A DNA stretch of 49,642 bases from Rotaria socialis (taxonomy: Eukaryota). The notes beneath the pieces were generated by a model. It ran no database searches. It was not told the DNA's origin and saw only the letters and a program-made list of their open reading frames with translations. The DNA lies in the NCBI GenBank assembly GCA_905331295.1, contig CAJNYD010000072.1, positions 1 to 49,642 of the forward strand, in the 5' to 3' direction. The number at the start of each line of letters is the position of its first letter. Position 1 is the stretch's first letter. This document shows, one piece after another, positions 12,801-25,105 of the stretch. A program made the translations under genes and the position numbers.

Positions 12801-13620
12801 TGATGCTGTGATCGTTGGTTCATGGAAATAGATAGAAAGTTTGCTTAAAGTTTTTCTAAAAGTTGAATCATAGAATTGTTTGAAGTATTCAATTCGTTTG
12901 TTATATTTTATAGTATAATAAATCCATCAGCTTCTATCTGTTGTGCTCGAATTGATGAATACCGTCGTTGTGGCGATTTCCCCCTACTACGTACTCTATT
13001 TTTGATGACATTCTTTTTCATTCTTAACGCTTGTATTGATGTTATTAGTGAATATAATGTTGCTGTGGTTAATTCTCTTTCAACATATTGTGGCGTAACC
13101 TGGTATTGGAAAATGGAAACATCGAAGTACTGGAAATAGTGAGATGGAGTATTTTTTTGAATTATTCATATGATGTGTGACTATTGATGATCTCACAGAG
13201 ATTAAGCTTTTGTTAGAAATGAAGTCAAATCTATGAGCAAATGGTTTGTTAGATTTATACTTTTGTTCTGCAAAATCGATTGGTGTGGTAATGACATTAT
13301 TGTAACTTCAAGAGAACACTACTATTGAACTGAATGATTGTTTTGATGATACATGTATGACGTCATAATGAACGGGTTGGCAAACTTATTTGATCTACTG
13401 CAGAAACATTAAGATAGTTGAATGACAGTATACTTTGAATATTTCTTATCCAATATAATCATCGTTTCTGTCTTTAATTTGAACGACGAACGCTACAATC
13501 AGCAGAATTTGTGAATAATTCAGTGGCAGTATAGTGTTTCATCTTTTACGTGATATTTCACTCCGACTGTCACTATAGTGCTTTCAATGTGAAACAAATA
13601 ATTGAACTAGTATTTTGAGT
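3900..13620. repeat. 93-bp-unit tandem array (about 90-105 units), diverged, with degenerate edges
   Basis: An AATCATT-like anchor recurs every ~93 nt (e.g. 4062, 4155, 4248; 5548, 5641, 5734, 5827, 5920, 6013, 6106, 6199, 6292; 8974 to 10090 = 12x93; 11110, 11203, 11296, 11389). Shared core: CTCCAG(A/T/C)ATA(G/A)TT(G/C)AACAG...AATCATTC. The outer boundaries are approximate; the period is clear to ~12500 and faint to ~13620. Confidence 0.9.
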
Positions 13621-14690
13621 CAGCAAGTAAGTGTCTTAAAATATTTCCCTGAACTCAATTTTTAGATTCTTTTTACTTTCTAGAAGGCACAACATGGAAT
13701 CGACGCAGCCATCCAACAGCAACTGACACACAAGGATATTATTGTTTTTTTTTGCATTTTCTCAGACTTTTTCTTTTCTTTTTCATTTCATTTTTTTGTA
13801 ACCCATTTTATCTACCATTTATCGTACAATTTGTATCTTATTTTAATAAACAGTACCATTTTAAAAAAACTTGCTACAGCCGCCCATGTGGAATTGAAAC
13901 GCAGAACATTCATGATTTTTAACTTGATTTAATTAATACACGACACGTACAGTACCGAACACTCTAAATAAAAAGTGTTTCCCCAGAAATCGTCTTCAGT
14001 GTACGCGAAATTGTTTTCTAAAACTTTTAGAATTGTTGAGATTCAAAACAATTCTTCTTTTCCAAGAGAACCTTGCCGTATTTTTACATTCTTAGTTGTA
14101 TACAGTTGTAAATATATTAAATGACGAATTTTGCTTTGAAACTTGGTGCACTGCACTAAATCGTCGTTCAGCCAAGAAATTTCATTTTTCTCTTTTTTTA
14201 TTGAAATAAGTTTTGTTCATTATACAAACACTACTATCTTTGAAAACATTGAAGTGAAACACGGGAAGTTCTTATGTTTAAAGATTCTTTTAACTAACTT
14301 ACGTAAAAGATTTATAGACAATTGTATGCTTTAATTAATGAGAAAATATCCATTTCTAATAGAGTGAAACAAGCATTATTATTTTAGAAGTAAAACGAAT
14401 TCTTGAGATGTATCCATATGAGCAGTGATGAGTCAGAGTATGATTATATTTTCTTTGTGTTCTTGTTCTTTGTTCGTATGCTTATTTTGTATTTCGAATA
14501 AAAATAAAGGCACGTGCCTCTCTAATCAAGAGATATTTTATCATGCATATGCGGTCTAGTATTGTTTACTTCAACTGTTGTAAAATGAATTGTGATCTGA
14601 AGATGAGTTACTGTAAGTTGTCATATAGCTTGAAGTAATATTTAGTTTTATTAGCTCAGATAATTCACATCTATTTATGAAAACAATACC

Positions 14691-14800
14691 GGGGTGTGTG
14701 GGTGTGGGTGTCGGTGTGGATGTGGGTGTAGGTGTGGATGTTGGTGTTGGTACCTCTTTGTCTCATTGGGAAACCACTATATCCGCACATCCACACCCTC
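14691..14800. repeat. Degenerate interstitial TGTGGG (telomere-like) tract followed by an inverted CCACACCCTC arm
   Basis: ggggtgtgtgggtgtgggtgtcggtgtggatgtgggtgtaggtgtggatgttggtgttgg ... cacatccacaccctc. Confidence 0.75.
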
Positions 14801-15261
14801 GCAGCGCGTTTACTTTCCTGATTTTTTCATGATAATTTTAAAAAATTCTGATTTTCCTGTTTTTTGACAAAAAATCGTGATTTTGCCCTGATATTTTATT
14901 TTTTCATTATATAGAAGTAAACTTGCATGGTTATAACTTTTCCTGTTATTTTACTCTGTCTATTTTTAAGATTTAAACAAAATATTGTTAGAATATTTTT
15001 ACAAAAACGAATGAGAATGCTCAAAATATACTTATATCAATCATTCAATTTCTCTCGTAGGTCATACTAGCATCAAATTCGAGTTTTCTTGTCCGGATTC
15101 ACTCTGAAACATGCGTTGAGTCTCTAATCAATTGTGATGAGTACGAAATTTCGTGATTGATCGGATGATACAGGTTTGGATGGAGGCCATCAAGAAAAGC
15201 AGGAAGTTTCACTAAAAATATAGATGTAAGTGTGGGTCTCTTATTCATCGAATGCCTTATT

Positions 15262-15288
15262 ACACCCACACCCACACCCACCACACCC
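15262..15288. repeat. (ACACCC)n tract, reverse complement of TGTGGG-type repeats
   Basis: acacccacacccacacccaccacaccc. Confidence 0.75.
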
Positions 15289-16130
15289 AATGTTGAAGAT
15301 GAACTTTCACTTTCTTAATAGTGCCATCGTCAAGTGATACCTGGATTTTTTTTATGTGAACTGAAATCTACTTGTAGTACAAATTTCTGTTCCTTTTCTG
15401 ATCTGAAAGTGAAAGTGTAAAATCAATTGAGAAAAGGTGAACGTTTGTTCATTTATAAATACAACAGAGTGAGGAGGTGTGTGCGTGTGAGCCTTGATTA
15501 CAGGAAGAACACCCACACCCTCATCTCTTCTATTCAGTTTGCACTTGAAAATATTTTTCCATCACTATTTCTGAATTCAATATATTTTTTTCTATGATGG
15601 TCACATACGAATGCTGTTATTTGGAACGATAATTGTGACCGAACAGAATTTCAGATTGAAGATTCGAAAAAAACATGTCGGATCTTGATACTTTCACCTC
15701 TAGTTACAACGAATTTTCTATGAATTTCGGTTCTGGAGATCAACACGATACAAAATGGTCACTCTTCATGCGTAAATGAAGTTAAAAAGCTTGAGAAAAG
15801 AAAATCACGACGGACTATATGATTGCTATGCTTCGCATCATATTAATAATCGCTTTATTTCTATATGACCTTCTATGAACAAATAACACGCGTTATAAAT
15901 TTATATATAAGTAGGGTAGGAGTGAACCGTAAACCCCCCATACCCTCACTATTGAACTTGTACATACTGTTTAAAGGGTTGATATTTTTTGTAGTGCTTC
16001 ATCATATTTTCTGCAATGCCTCTTTTACCTAAAATCAAGCGATTTTATTCAAAATTCTTCCCGCCTATTAACACTTGATCTGTTTATTCGATGTTCTCAT
16101 ATTTCATGTGAATGAGACCAAATAGAGGTT

Positions 16131-16145
16131 GTAACCCAGAGAAAC
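16131..16145 (+). promoter_or_regulatory. Possible RFX X-box upstream of ATAT1
   Basis: GTAACC-cag-AGAAAC fits GTHNYY-N0-3-RRNAAC and lies ~85 nt before the ATG of a cilia/microtubule gene. A short motif like this could occur by chance. Confidence 0.3.
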
Positions 16146-16190
16146 GACAACTCCAATGGCTACAGTTGTTAAAGTATTGTAAAAATTATT

Positions 16191-16215
16191 AAGAAGAAGA
16201 AGAAGAAGAAGAAGA
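16191..16215 (+). repeat. (AAG)n microsatellite in the ATAT1 5' region
   Basis: aagaagaagaagaagaagaagaaga. Confidence 0.85.
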
Positions 16216-16229
16216 AAGAAAAGCGGGCA

Positions 16230-17924
16230 ATGGAATTTTCTTTTGATATAAATAACATTTTACCTCATGAAATAACTATCATTAATGGAGACTATCGGAT
16301 ACTGAATCACGGCCAAACAGCACGAATATCGTTTGTATTGTCATTTTAATATTTTCATTGGAATGAACTATTGTCATTTGTAGAGCGCCTGACAGACTGA
16401 CATCTATTATTGATGCCTTAGGTGACGCTTCTTTTAGAGTAAATATCAATAGAAAATCTTCTTTATTAGTTTCAAATATTTTGTTTTTCTTATTCAGGCA
16501 CAGGGATTACCTGGTCCGGTTACTACTGCACGTAAATTTCGTATATCTGATCATCGTTTATATCTTGTTAAAAATTCCAGTGATCACAAGTATGAAAGAA
16601 TGTTCTTCTTTTGAAACTATTCGGTTTTCTAATTTTTATTTTTATTCTAGTAACTTAGGTTCGGTCGTTGGCTTTTTAAAAGTTGGTGCAAAAAATTTAT
16701 TCGTTCATGATTCTCATGGTCAAGTACATGAACGAACTCCGTTATGTTTATTAGATTTTTTCGTTCATGAAAGTAAACAAAGATCAGGATATGGAAAACA
16801 GTTATTCGAAGCAATGCTTGAAGTAAATTTCTAGGAATGTTTGATTTTTCTATAGATTAATTTTTAGTTCGAAAAATGTAATGCTTATGAATTAGCTATT
16901 GATCGTCCATCAAACAAATGTCTTGGCTTTCTTCATAAACATTATAGTCTTTCATCGCCAGTTCGTCAAGTTAATAATTTTGTTGTATTTGGCGCTTTTT
17001 TCAATCGATCACCGAGTAAGAGAACGCAGAAAGTGAAGTTTGTTTTTGTTTATTTTTGTTTGCATTCTTAGTCAATTTAAATCGAAAACTCTCGGCATCA
17101 AAACAAAGAAATGAAACAAGCTTACCAAATGATCTTTATCGGCGTCAAGAGTCAACACCTTGGCTGTTGCCATCAGAAAAACAACAACAAAATCGCCGCC
17201 CATTGACCGAACATAGTGAATTCAATCGCAATAATAATCGATTAAAAATATTATCGGACGAAAACGAAATGTTTAATAATCGACAACAAGTACCAATCAT
17301 GGGGTAATGATTCACACGAAAAACAAGCTTTTTTCTATTCTATTTGAATAGAAATCCATTGTTTAACAATGAGAGAAAGCCTGCTTCTGCGTTCCCTACA
17401 CCATATGGTCATCGCTATACTCAAAATGCTTTAACGCGTGAACCAAATAAAACAAGTATGTGAAACATTTTCTTCTTCTTTCGTTAATATTGATTTTTCG
17501 ACTTTAGATGAAATCAGTCATTCAGCACCCTACATGCCTCGACACCAAGCCGAAGTATTCAATGAAAACAAGTAAGATTTTATTTGCTATTCGTGTTTGC
17601 GCTCATTCTTCTGGTTTTAGTCCTTTTCCAAGTCTTCAACGTTATAATACAAATCCAGTAATGTCTTCAAATAAACAATCAACAGCAAATCCACAACAGA
17701 ATTTTACATATAAAGAATATCAATCATCCTCGACTGTCAGTGCGCCTCCGCAAAGAAATTTTGAGATTCCATCAAAATCCGAGTCACTTACTTCAATCTA
17801 TACATTTCCATCATTAGTTAAAACAAATGCTAATTGGCGTAGACCACAACAACAACAAACAACTTATGATGGTTCATCATCATCGACATGGCGACTTTTT
17901 GGTGTACATCGTTTACTTAACTAA
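16230..17924 (+). CDS. ATAT1: Alpha-tubulin N-acetyltransferase 1 (MEC-17 family), multi-exon
   Basis: Spliced exons give MEFSFDINNIL..., AQGLPGPVTTARKF..DHRLYL, GFLKVGAKNLF..PLCLLDFFVHESKQRSGYGKQLFEAML and LAIDRPSNKCLGFLHKHY..QVNNFVVF, all conserved aTAT1 motifs. A low-complexity tail ends WRLFGVHRLLN*. Introns are GT-AG, ~50-60 nt. Confidence 0.92.
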
Positions 17925-18916
17925 TTCATTTTTTTTATTGTAATTTTGTACATCTAAAGTACAGTTTAATTTTTGAAAACAGATCGATGCTGAAGTATGG
18001 CAGAATTTTACAATTGTAATTGTAATAAATTTTTATGTTTTATTTTCTGTGACTGACGGAGTGTGCAATACTGACTGCACATGACAAACATTATCGAATA
18101 ATTATCTTTTTTTATTTTTTGTGAAACTATGTTATCGTCTAAATACAGAATATGACTTATGAGAAAGCTAGCCGCCGCTTGAGCTCATATTGAAAAGTAA
18201 AAAATAATTTGCTGTAATTAGTATAAGAAAGACAATTTACTGATGGTTTGCATGGGTAGCATTTCCCTATTAACTAAGTGATTCATCAAATTAAGTTTTA
18301 AAATAGGATTTTCATAGAAAACTTCTCGATATTTTAGCAATAATATGAACTGAAATTTGATCCTTGTGAATCAAATTATACTTCAACGTCTTGTCCCCCA
18401 AAAATGTTCTACACCTGTAGTAATTTTTTTTCGAGTGTTTATTTAAGTATCAGAATTGCTAAACTAAATGAAGAATTAATATGAAGATGAAGTGCAACGA
18501 GATGTACTTATGTAACAGCACTTCTGATATTTGTCATAGCTCTATTAATGAACCTTCCAATTTCTTTTTAAAGAAACGTTGTGTGTAAGAGACACTATCG
18601 AAAAATAATTATAACTCTAGGGAAAAAATACAAGTCATCAGTTGGCATAAATAATTTTGTAGCTTCTGATGTGTTTATTTAAATGCCTAGTGACATCTTT
18701 TCTGTCAAATATTTTTTGATTTAGAAAAATTCCAAACGAATGAAACATTTCTATTTTCGTTAGCGTGTCCACTTTCTCGCAATATTTGATCCTCTTGACT
18801 AACATTTCACAGTGAGTTCGATGATAAAAATAATGCTAGATTAAAGTTTCAACAATGTCAAAATCAACTTGCAAGCTATTCACTTCAAAACTAATCATAA
18901 AAACAAACGATAGTAA

Positions 18917-21751
18917 GTGAAAATAAACACATCTTTCGATCAATTATTTTCTACTGGAACATTTTCCGTAGTTAATTCTAAAACTGCTTCATTATTATCA
19001 TCATCTCCTCCGAATCTCTATAAAGACATTGTTGAACTTGTTCTATTGTGTACAATCGATGAGGATGTACCCATTTCTCCATCAAAGATATATCGAGCTG
19101 AATTATCAACATTATACGCTGAAAAATGGGATAAAAATAGAGTTGATCAGGCTCTATCGGAACGTCAGCGTATATCTAATCCAAGAAATGAATTGATAAC
19201 TGATATCAACTGCGAAAAACGCACTAATCTCAGATGATATCATTACTGAAACTCGTTGTTTGTATTACTTATCAGGATGTTATCAGAGGCTGTTACAACA
19301 AAGAGTAAGACCTTCGTCTGGTATTGCTTAAAGTCAATAAAGAGTATTGTAGGACTATTTCAAATCAATATTCAGCGATATGCAAAAGCTATTTATTGAT
19401 CATAGTAAAACTGCGATTACTTTACCCAGCATGTATCCAGACCAACAGTTATCGAAACAATGGATAGACTTATTAATTGAATCTCAGAGTAAAACAATTG
19501 AACTAAATATTTTCTAATAGCTCTATCTAGATAATTCATTATTACTTGAGTATATTGATCGTGTTAATAATGAACTTGTCACATCGATGACTGATGAAAT
19601 CGAAGTTTTCTATAAATATGTTTTCCATTACATACATAAAATTATTCAACCATTAGATTATTTTACTAATAAATTGTCTGTTTATATTTCAGTGTTATCT
19701 AATTTATCACCATGGCCGATACTTGTTCAAGTATATCGAAACCCGTGCTGATTTTTCATTAAAATCGAAAATAACTATTGTTCTCTGTTTAGATGATATT
19801 TTTCAATCAACCTAATTCAATGAGTGAACATACTATTCAAACAACATCTGAAACTGTATGGCAGGTAAGATAATGCATCTTAACTTTTTTCCTCATCGTT
19901 TATTGAAAAATATTCTTCTTTTATTAAGCCGATGAAAACATATCAAGATACGTTAACACAACTATTTAAAAATGTTTATTAAAAATGCTGACGCTCAAAA
20001 TGATGTTTTACAATGGATTGGCGATTGTTTTGATGAGAATCATGGTAAAAAACTTTGTTTGAGAATAATTCATATCAACGTATTGTTTTTTATTTTAGAG
20101 AAAAGTAAAGAATGGTCATCGAATGATCCATTAGCAGCAGTAATATTTGTTAGTGATGGGTTCTTAATTAATCTAACTGTTATTCTATTGAATCTTGCAA
20201 AACCATTTGCTGAACCTTATTCACCAAAGTTATTCAAAGTTAGTTCGAAAACAAGAATAGGCAAGAATGATTACTTTATTATATTTATTTAAATTCATGG
20301 AGATATATCAAAAAAAAAACTGAATATAAAAATGCTGTTAGCTTAGAGGAATCTGATAGTCAAACTACAAAAGACCTAGACGCACAAATACAAAACGGTA
20401 ATATATGAAAATCTTTCAAGGATACTGCAGTCTAGTCCTAGTCGAATCCCGAATCTTTTATTGATTCAAATAAGCAATGATACATATAGAGTATGGCAAA
20501 TAGGAAGAATATATTTTCAGCATTTCATGGGATATGATATTTTCTCCGATTAGATCATACTGCATTTTTGAGTATCAAATCTGTGCTAAATGAACCTTAT
20601 CTAATGAAATTATCGAATGTCTTGCTTACAACCACGTGTCCATGGCTTGTTCATTTAGCATCCTCTTCTTCAGATCCTAGTTCGACATCAAATGGAGCTG
20701 AACAAATGAGTATCCTTAAAATATTACCCTTAACATCAAAATCTAATCCTCGATTGAGTTACATTCCAGAATTTACTATAGAAAATATAATCGATTTTTT
20801 CAAGTAGAATTCTGCTAAATATAGAGGTTGCAGAAGAAAACACCCACGTACTTTTGTTCTTTGCAGTCAAACGAATCATCAATTAATGAATACATATATT
20901 TTATGCTTGTATTTATGGGCGATATAAATCGTTTAGCGAATGCTCACTTACGTGCACCATTAGCTGAAACACTCGACACCATCATACCGGATCAACAAGA
21001 TAACGATGAAGAATGAATCGGTTGATTTCAAATTTCCTTTTTTTAATCTTATTAGTTTGATCTATTCGTATCAACTGAATTAACTGGACAAGCCGTGGCA
21101 TTTCAGCAAAAATTTAATTGTCATCGTCCAATATATAATATACTTCAGTATGTTTCGAATGATGAAATGTAAGAAACAAATTATCGTAGAGAAAATTATC
21201 ATTGGTGTATCTCACAGGTCATATAATGACCAACTTTTTCCACAAGCGGTCGAAGTACTTCAACGAATTAACTATCCACCGGAACGAATTGCCGAATTTC
21301 AAAAACTTCATGAACGTGTTAAGGTATTCTTTTTTTCTCTTATTTAATTTTATTATTATTGTTATTTACTAGACAATTAATGCCGAACAAAAACAAGCAG
21401 ATGATGCACCTGACGAATATCTAGATCCGATTACAAGCATATTAATGAGGGATCCTGTTAGGTAACCAAGTTCTCACAAAATTCTCGATCGTACAACGAT
21501 TGCTCGACATCTTCTTAGGTTAGAGATAGCTACCGATTTTCAAAGGACTTCGCTGAAAGAAAAATTACACTCATGTCTGTTACAATTTAATATGACTCGT
21601 TCGTTGTGAATTGAAAATAACATTTCAAAGTTTTTTTTTTAATGACCAAACTGATCCATTCAATCGAAATCCATTGTGTATGCACGATGTTATACCACAA
21701 ACTGAATTCAAGAAAGTAATCGAGCAATGGAAAGCTTCAAAACATGAATAA
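18917..21751 (+). pseudogene. UBE4A: Ubiquitin conjugation factor E4 (UBE4A/Ufd2-like, U-box), apparently disrupted
   Basis: Ufd2-core fragments (SDGFLINLTVILLNLAKPF; LSYIPEFTIENIIDF; LANAHLRAPLAETL; ELTGQAVAFQQKFNCHRPI) and a U-box ([48 protein letters not shown]). There is an in-frame TAA at 21463-21465, the last exon is preceded by AA instead of AG, and large parts of the core appear to be missing. Confidence 0.8.
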
Positions 21752-22040
21752 TTAGAGTTGTTTTATTGTTTTTATATAACTTATTTTATTGAAAAGAATA
21801 TCAGTATTTTTTTATATATTTTTGTAGATCGTTCTTTTTTTTTTAGTTAATGTATTTATCATTTATTAGAGATCTTGCTCGATGGATTAAGAGATTTTTT
21901 AAAGTATTTGGGTGTGTATTAAAAATTATTTTGAAAGAAAATGAAGCGATCCTTTTCTGTATATTCAATCACGTGATTTTAAATCAAACAGAATTTTGAA
22001 TATTCAATATTCTAGAATTACACATCGCTCTTCATCTGCA

Positions 22041-22461
22041 ATGAATCGTGGTCTAGCTCTTTCTTCAACAATGAAAAATTGCATTCGTTTGGCTGGATTA
22101 TCAGGTGCATTAGCTATATGTTTAGGTGCTTATGGATCTCATGCTATGAAAGAAAATACGTCAGATGAACTTCGACGAGTATGTTTCGATTAAGAAAGAA
22201 ATGTTGTTTTTTTTTAAATCAAATTATTCGTAGCTATTTCAATTGGCTCAAACGTATCATTTGCTTCACTCGGCTGCTTTACTTGCTGTACCATTCGTCT
22301 CAAGACCACATATAACAACACCGTTATTCCTTGGTGGATTGACACTTTTTTGTGGTCCAATATATTATCATGCAATACGTAACGATACTCAATTTCGTCG
22401 TGTAACACCTTACGGTGGGATGCTTCTTATAGCTGGATGGTTATCAATTGCTGTACTTTAG
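22041..22461 (+). CDS. TMEM256: TMEM256 / DUF423 small membrane protein, 2 exons (intron 22179-22233)
   Basis: RLAGLSGALAICLGAYGSHA...LFQLAQTYHLLHSAALL...GGLTLFCGPIYYHA...RRVTPYGGMLLIAGWLSI matches the DUF423 pattern. Confidence 0.9.
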
Positions 22462-23195
22462 GAAAGCAAAAACAGAGTTCATAGGAAAATGTATTAGACT
22501 TGAAGATTATAATTTGATAGAAATAAATGGTAAAATAGTGATTTGGATTAGAAATCGATTTTAGTAGAAATGTTTGAAAAAAGGGCAAACAACTATGCTG
22601 CAAAACTATCAATAAATACCATTTTAGAATGCTTTCAAGTGTTCGGCATCTTCTGTGAACTACATGAGTTTTCGCGCATCCAGAAATATTGATGTGATTG
22701 AGAATTCTTTCTATACAAATATACTTGCCTAATATTTTCATCGATTAGCAAGCTATTAAAATCTAGCAAAGTTTGACCAATCAACAATACTTGCTAGCCA
22801 CGCTTTGCATTACGATTTCTAATAGCAAGAAGTCATACGCACAATACTAATCTCTAAACGTCGTTAATTAATAAAAGTATTGATTTAGTTAGAAATCTCT
22901 TGCGACTCAAACAGAAAAATTTTCCAAACTTCACCAAACACACAAATCAATGCTGCACGTATGCATCGGAAAACATCACTTCGTTAAGATCCACTGATTA
23001 TGCTTTTGTTCCCATACGAGAATTCAAATGCTATTCATCCATTCTACAAGATGACATGGAAATTTACTTCAGTTCTTATTGACGCACTAGGGAATATGTC
23101 TATGTGATCATTTGAGTAAAACGTTTTTCTTGTCATCGGGACTCGTTTCTTCTCACCCGATAATTTATTATTCAATCGAAAACAAAATCCTAAGT

Positions 23196-23693
23196 TTAAA
23201 TATATTCACCATCAGGTGTTATCCAATGTTGTTCGCACATATTAAATTTCATGAGTACAGGTCCCATCATATCTGAAGGTTGTAAACCATTACCAAACGG
23301 TCTATCAATTAGAAAAGATCCAAGCCGTAAGCATTCAGCATAATCATGCTGATTTGTATTGTCTTGAATAGATTCATCGGAAATAAAATTATCCTTTTCC
23401 CATGAAACCTTCAATGGCATGAGTAAAGACGGTGTGTGAGATGTAGAAGCAGATGATTCTTTTTCTTCGAACTTAACTTGATTTCCTGATCGAGAAATAT
23501 TCGCTAGAGGAATTGAATGGCATGGCAGATCTACTGGAGATGTAACAGGATTAGCAACTAACAGTTTTGATGACGATTTTTCGAATATACATGAATATCG
23601 CACGAGACAAATGCCGACGCATAATCCACTAATGAATAGAGCAATACTAAGAACAATTAGTATAGCAGTAACAAAATCCAGATTGAATAGTAT
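23196..23693 (-). other. Open coding-like segment of an unknown single-pass membrane protein (possibly a decayed gene)
   Basis: About 165 open codons starting with a hydrophobic stretch (FVTAILIVLSIALFISGLCVGICLV) followed by a polar region. No clear start codon, and the downstream continuation contains stops. Confidence 0.3.
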
Positions 23694-23876
23694 TTAGAAA
23701 AGGCGGTAAATTTTTTTTGCTACATTTTGTTTTGCATATATGTATATATATATATTTAGTAAAATTATTGCACAAAAACAACATCGAAAAATAAAATATT
23801 TGACATAAATAAAATTAAAAAAAAAGGAAAGTACTATACGATAAACACTAACAAAACTGATATGGAATGTAATCGA

Positions 23877-24927
23877 CTAACGTAAATCAACTTCATCACC
23901 GTCTAATTGCATTGGTTTGACTCCTGATGTTGATGAAGAACCGGCATTTTGTTGTTCGTCTTTCTTATCTGTTACTGGAACAATCCAACGTTTCATTAAA
24001 CGAACAAATTCAGGTTCAACCGTCATAAAATATGGTTTCTACAATGAAATTAATTAACTAAATAATGCTGTACAGAAAAAGTTTTTTGCTTTACTTGACA
24101 ACGTTTACTAATTAAATCTTTATCCTCAAGATCAAAACCATCAAGTAACAATTCAATATGATCTCGTTCCTCCCATTGCTCGAATGTTGGATAATCTCGG
24201 CAAGCTTGATCAAATATATTTCTACCAGCTACGCTATCTTCATTAAATAATTTAAGTAAAATTCGATAGAGTATAATACGATTGAGATGATCAAAACGTT
24301 CCAAATCTGTTAAATGTTTTGTTACTAATTCAAGTAGTTCAGTTGTCTTCGGAAAGTTTCCTGTACGAATTACTTGCATAGCTGCTTTTTCATATAATTC
24401 AATCGCTTGAGAAGTTTTATCATCTTGTTCAGCTAGACGTGCTGCTTTAAGATAGAAATCAATTGTTAATCCACGATCGAATTGTTGAAATTGTGGTGCA
24501 TAACGTTCATAAAGTAATGTACCAGAATCGCGTTGACCTAGATTATAAATGGCGAATAGGATTTTGTTAATTTTGTAAAAGAGACTCTACCTCCTTCAAC
24601 ATATAATTCTCCTGCTTTATTAAAATATTTAGCAGCTGTTGGCAGATCTTGTAATTGTTGTGTCATTTGTGCTGCTTGTTCATAAGATTTAGCAGCAAAA
24701 AATGTACTACCTTTTTGTATTTGTAAGTCGGCTAATCGAATTGATAGATCTCGGCATAGGTCATATTTTTCTGCGACACGATAGCATGTACATGCTTTGT
24801 CGAATTCTTCAATAGCTGAATCAAGATCTGGCTTCCATTTGGTAAGTGACGTTTTCAAATACTTCTCGCCCTGTTTGATATGTTCTTCAGCTTCTTTGAT
24901 TTTCGCTGAAAAATTAAAATTAAACAT
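23877..24927 (-). CDS. NAPG: Gamma-soluble NSF attachment protein (gamma-SNAP), 3 coding exons
   Basis: AKIKEAEEHIKQGEKYLKTSLTKWKPDLDSAIEEFDKA..FFAAKSYEQAA resembles the gamma-SNAP N-terminus. The C-terminal acidic tail is ...QLDGDEVDLR* (TAG at 23877-23879). The start is either the ATG at 24927 or an upstream exon. Confidence 0.88.
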
Positions 24928-25105
24928 TCTATCTAAAAGATAGAATAATCAATTTCACTTTCCAATATCGCACACAAGTAGTAAGACGCATTCTCTTTCT
25001 CTTCTCTATATGTACATACATACAGCCGTGGTATAGTACATCGTGTACAATATTGATATTTATTCAATTAATATATTAATAAATTAAATATACTTTTAAA
25101 ATACA

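Noticed and set aside
3900..13620. CRISPR-like interpretation of the 93-bp array
   Set aside because: Neighbouring units are similar along their whole length, so there are no unique spacers. There is no invariant repeat and no cas gene, and the context is eukaryotic.
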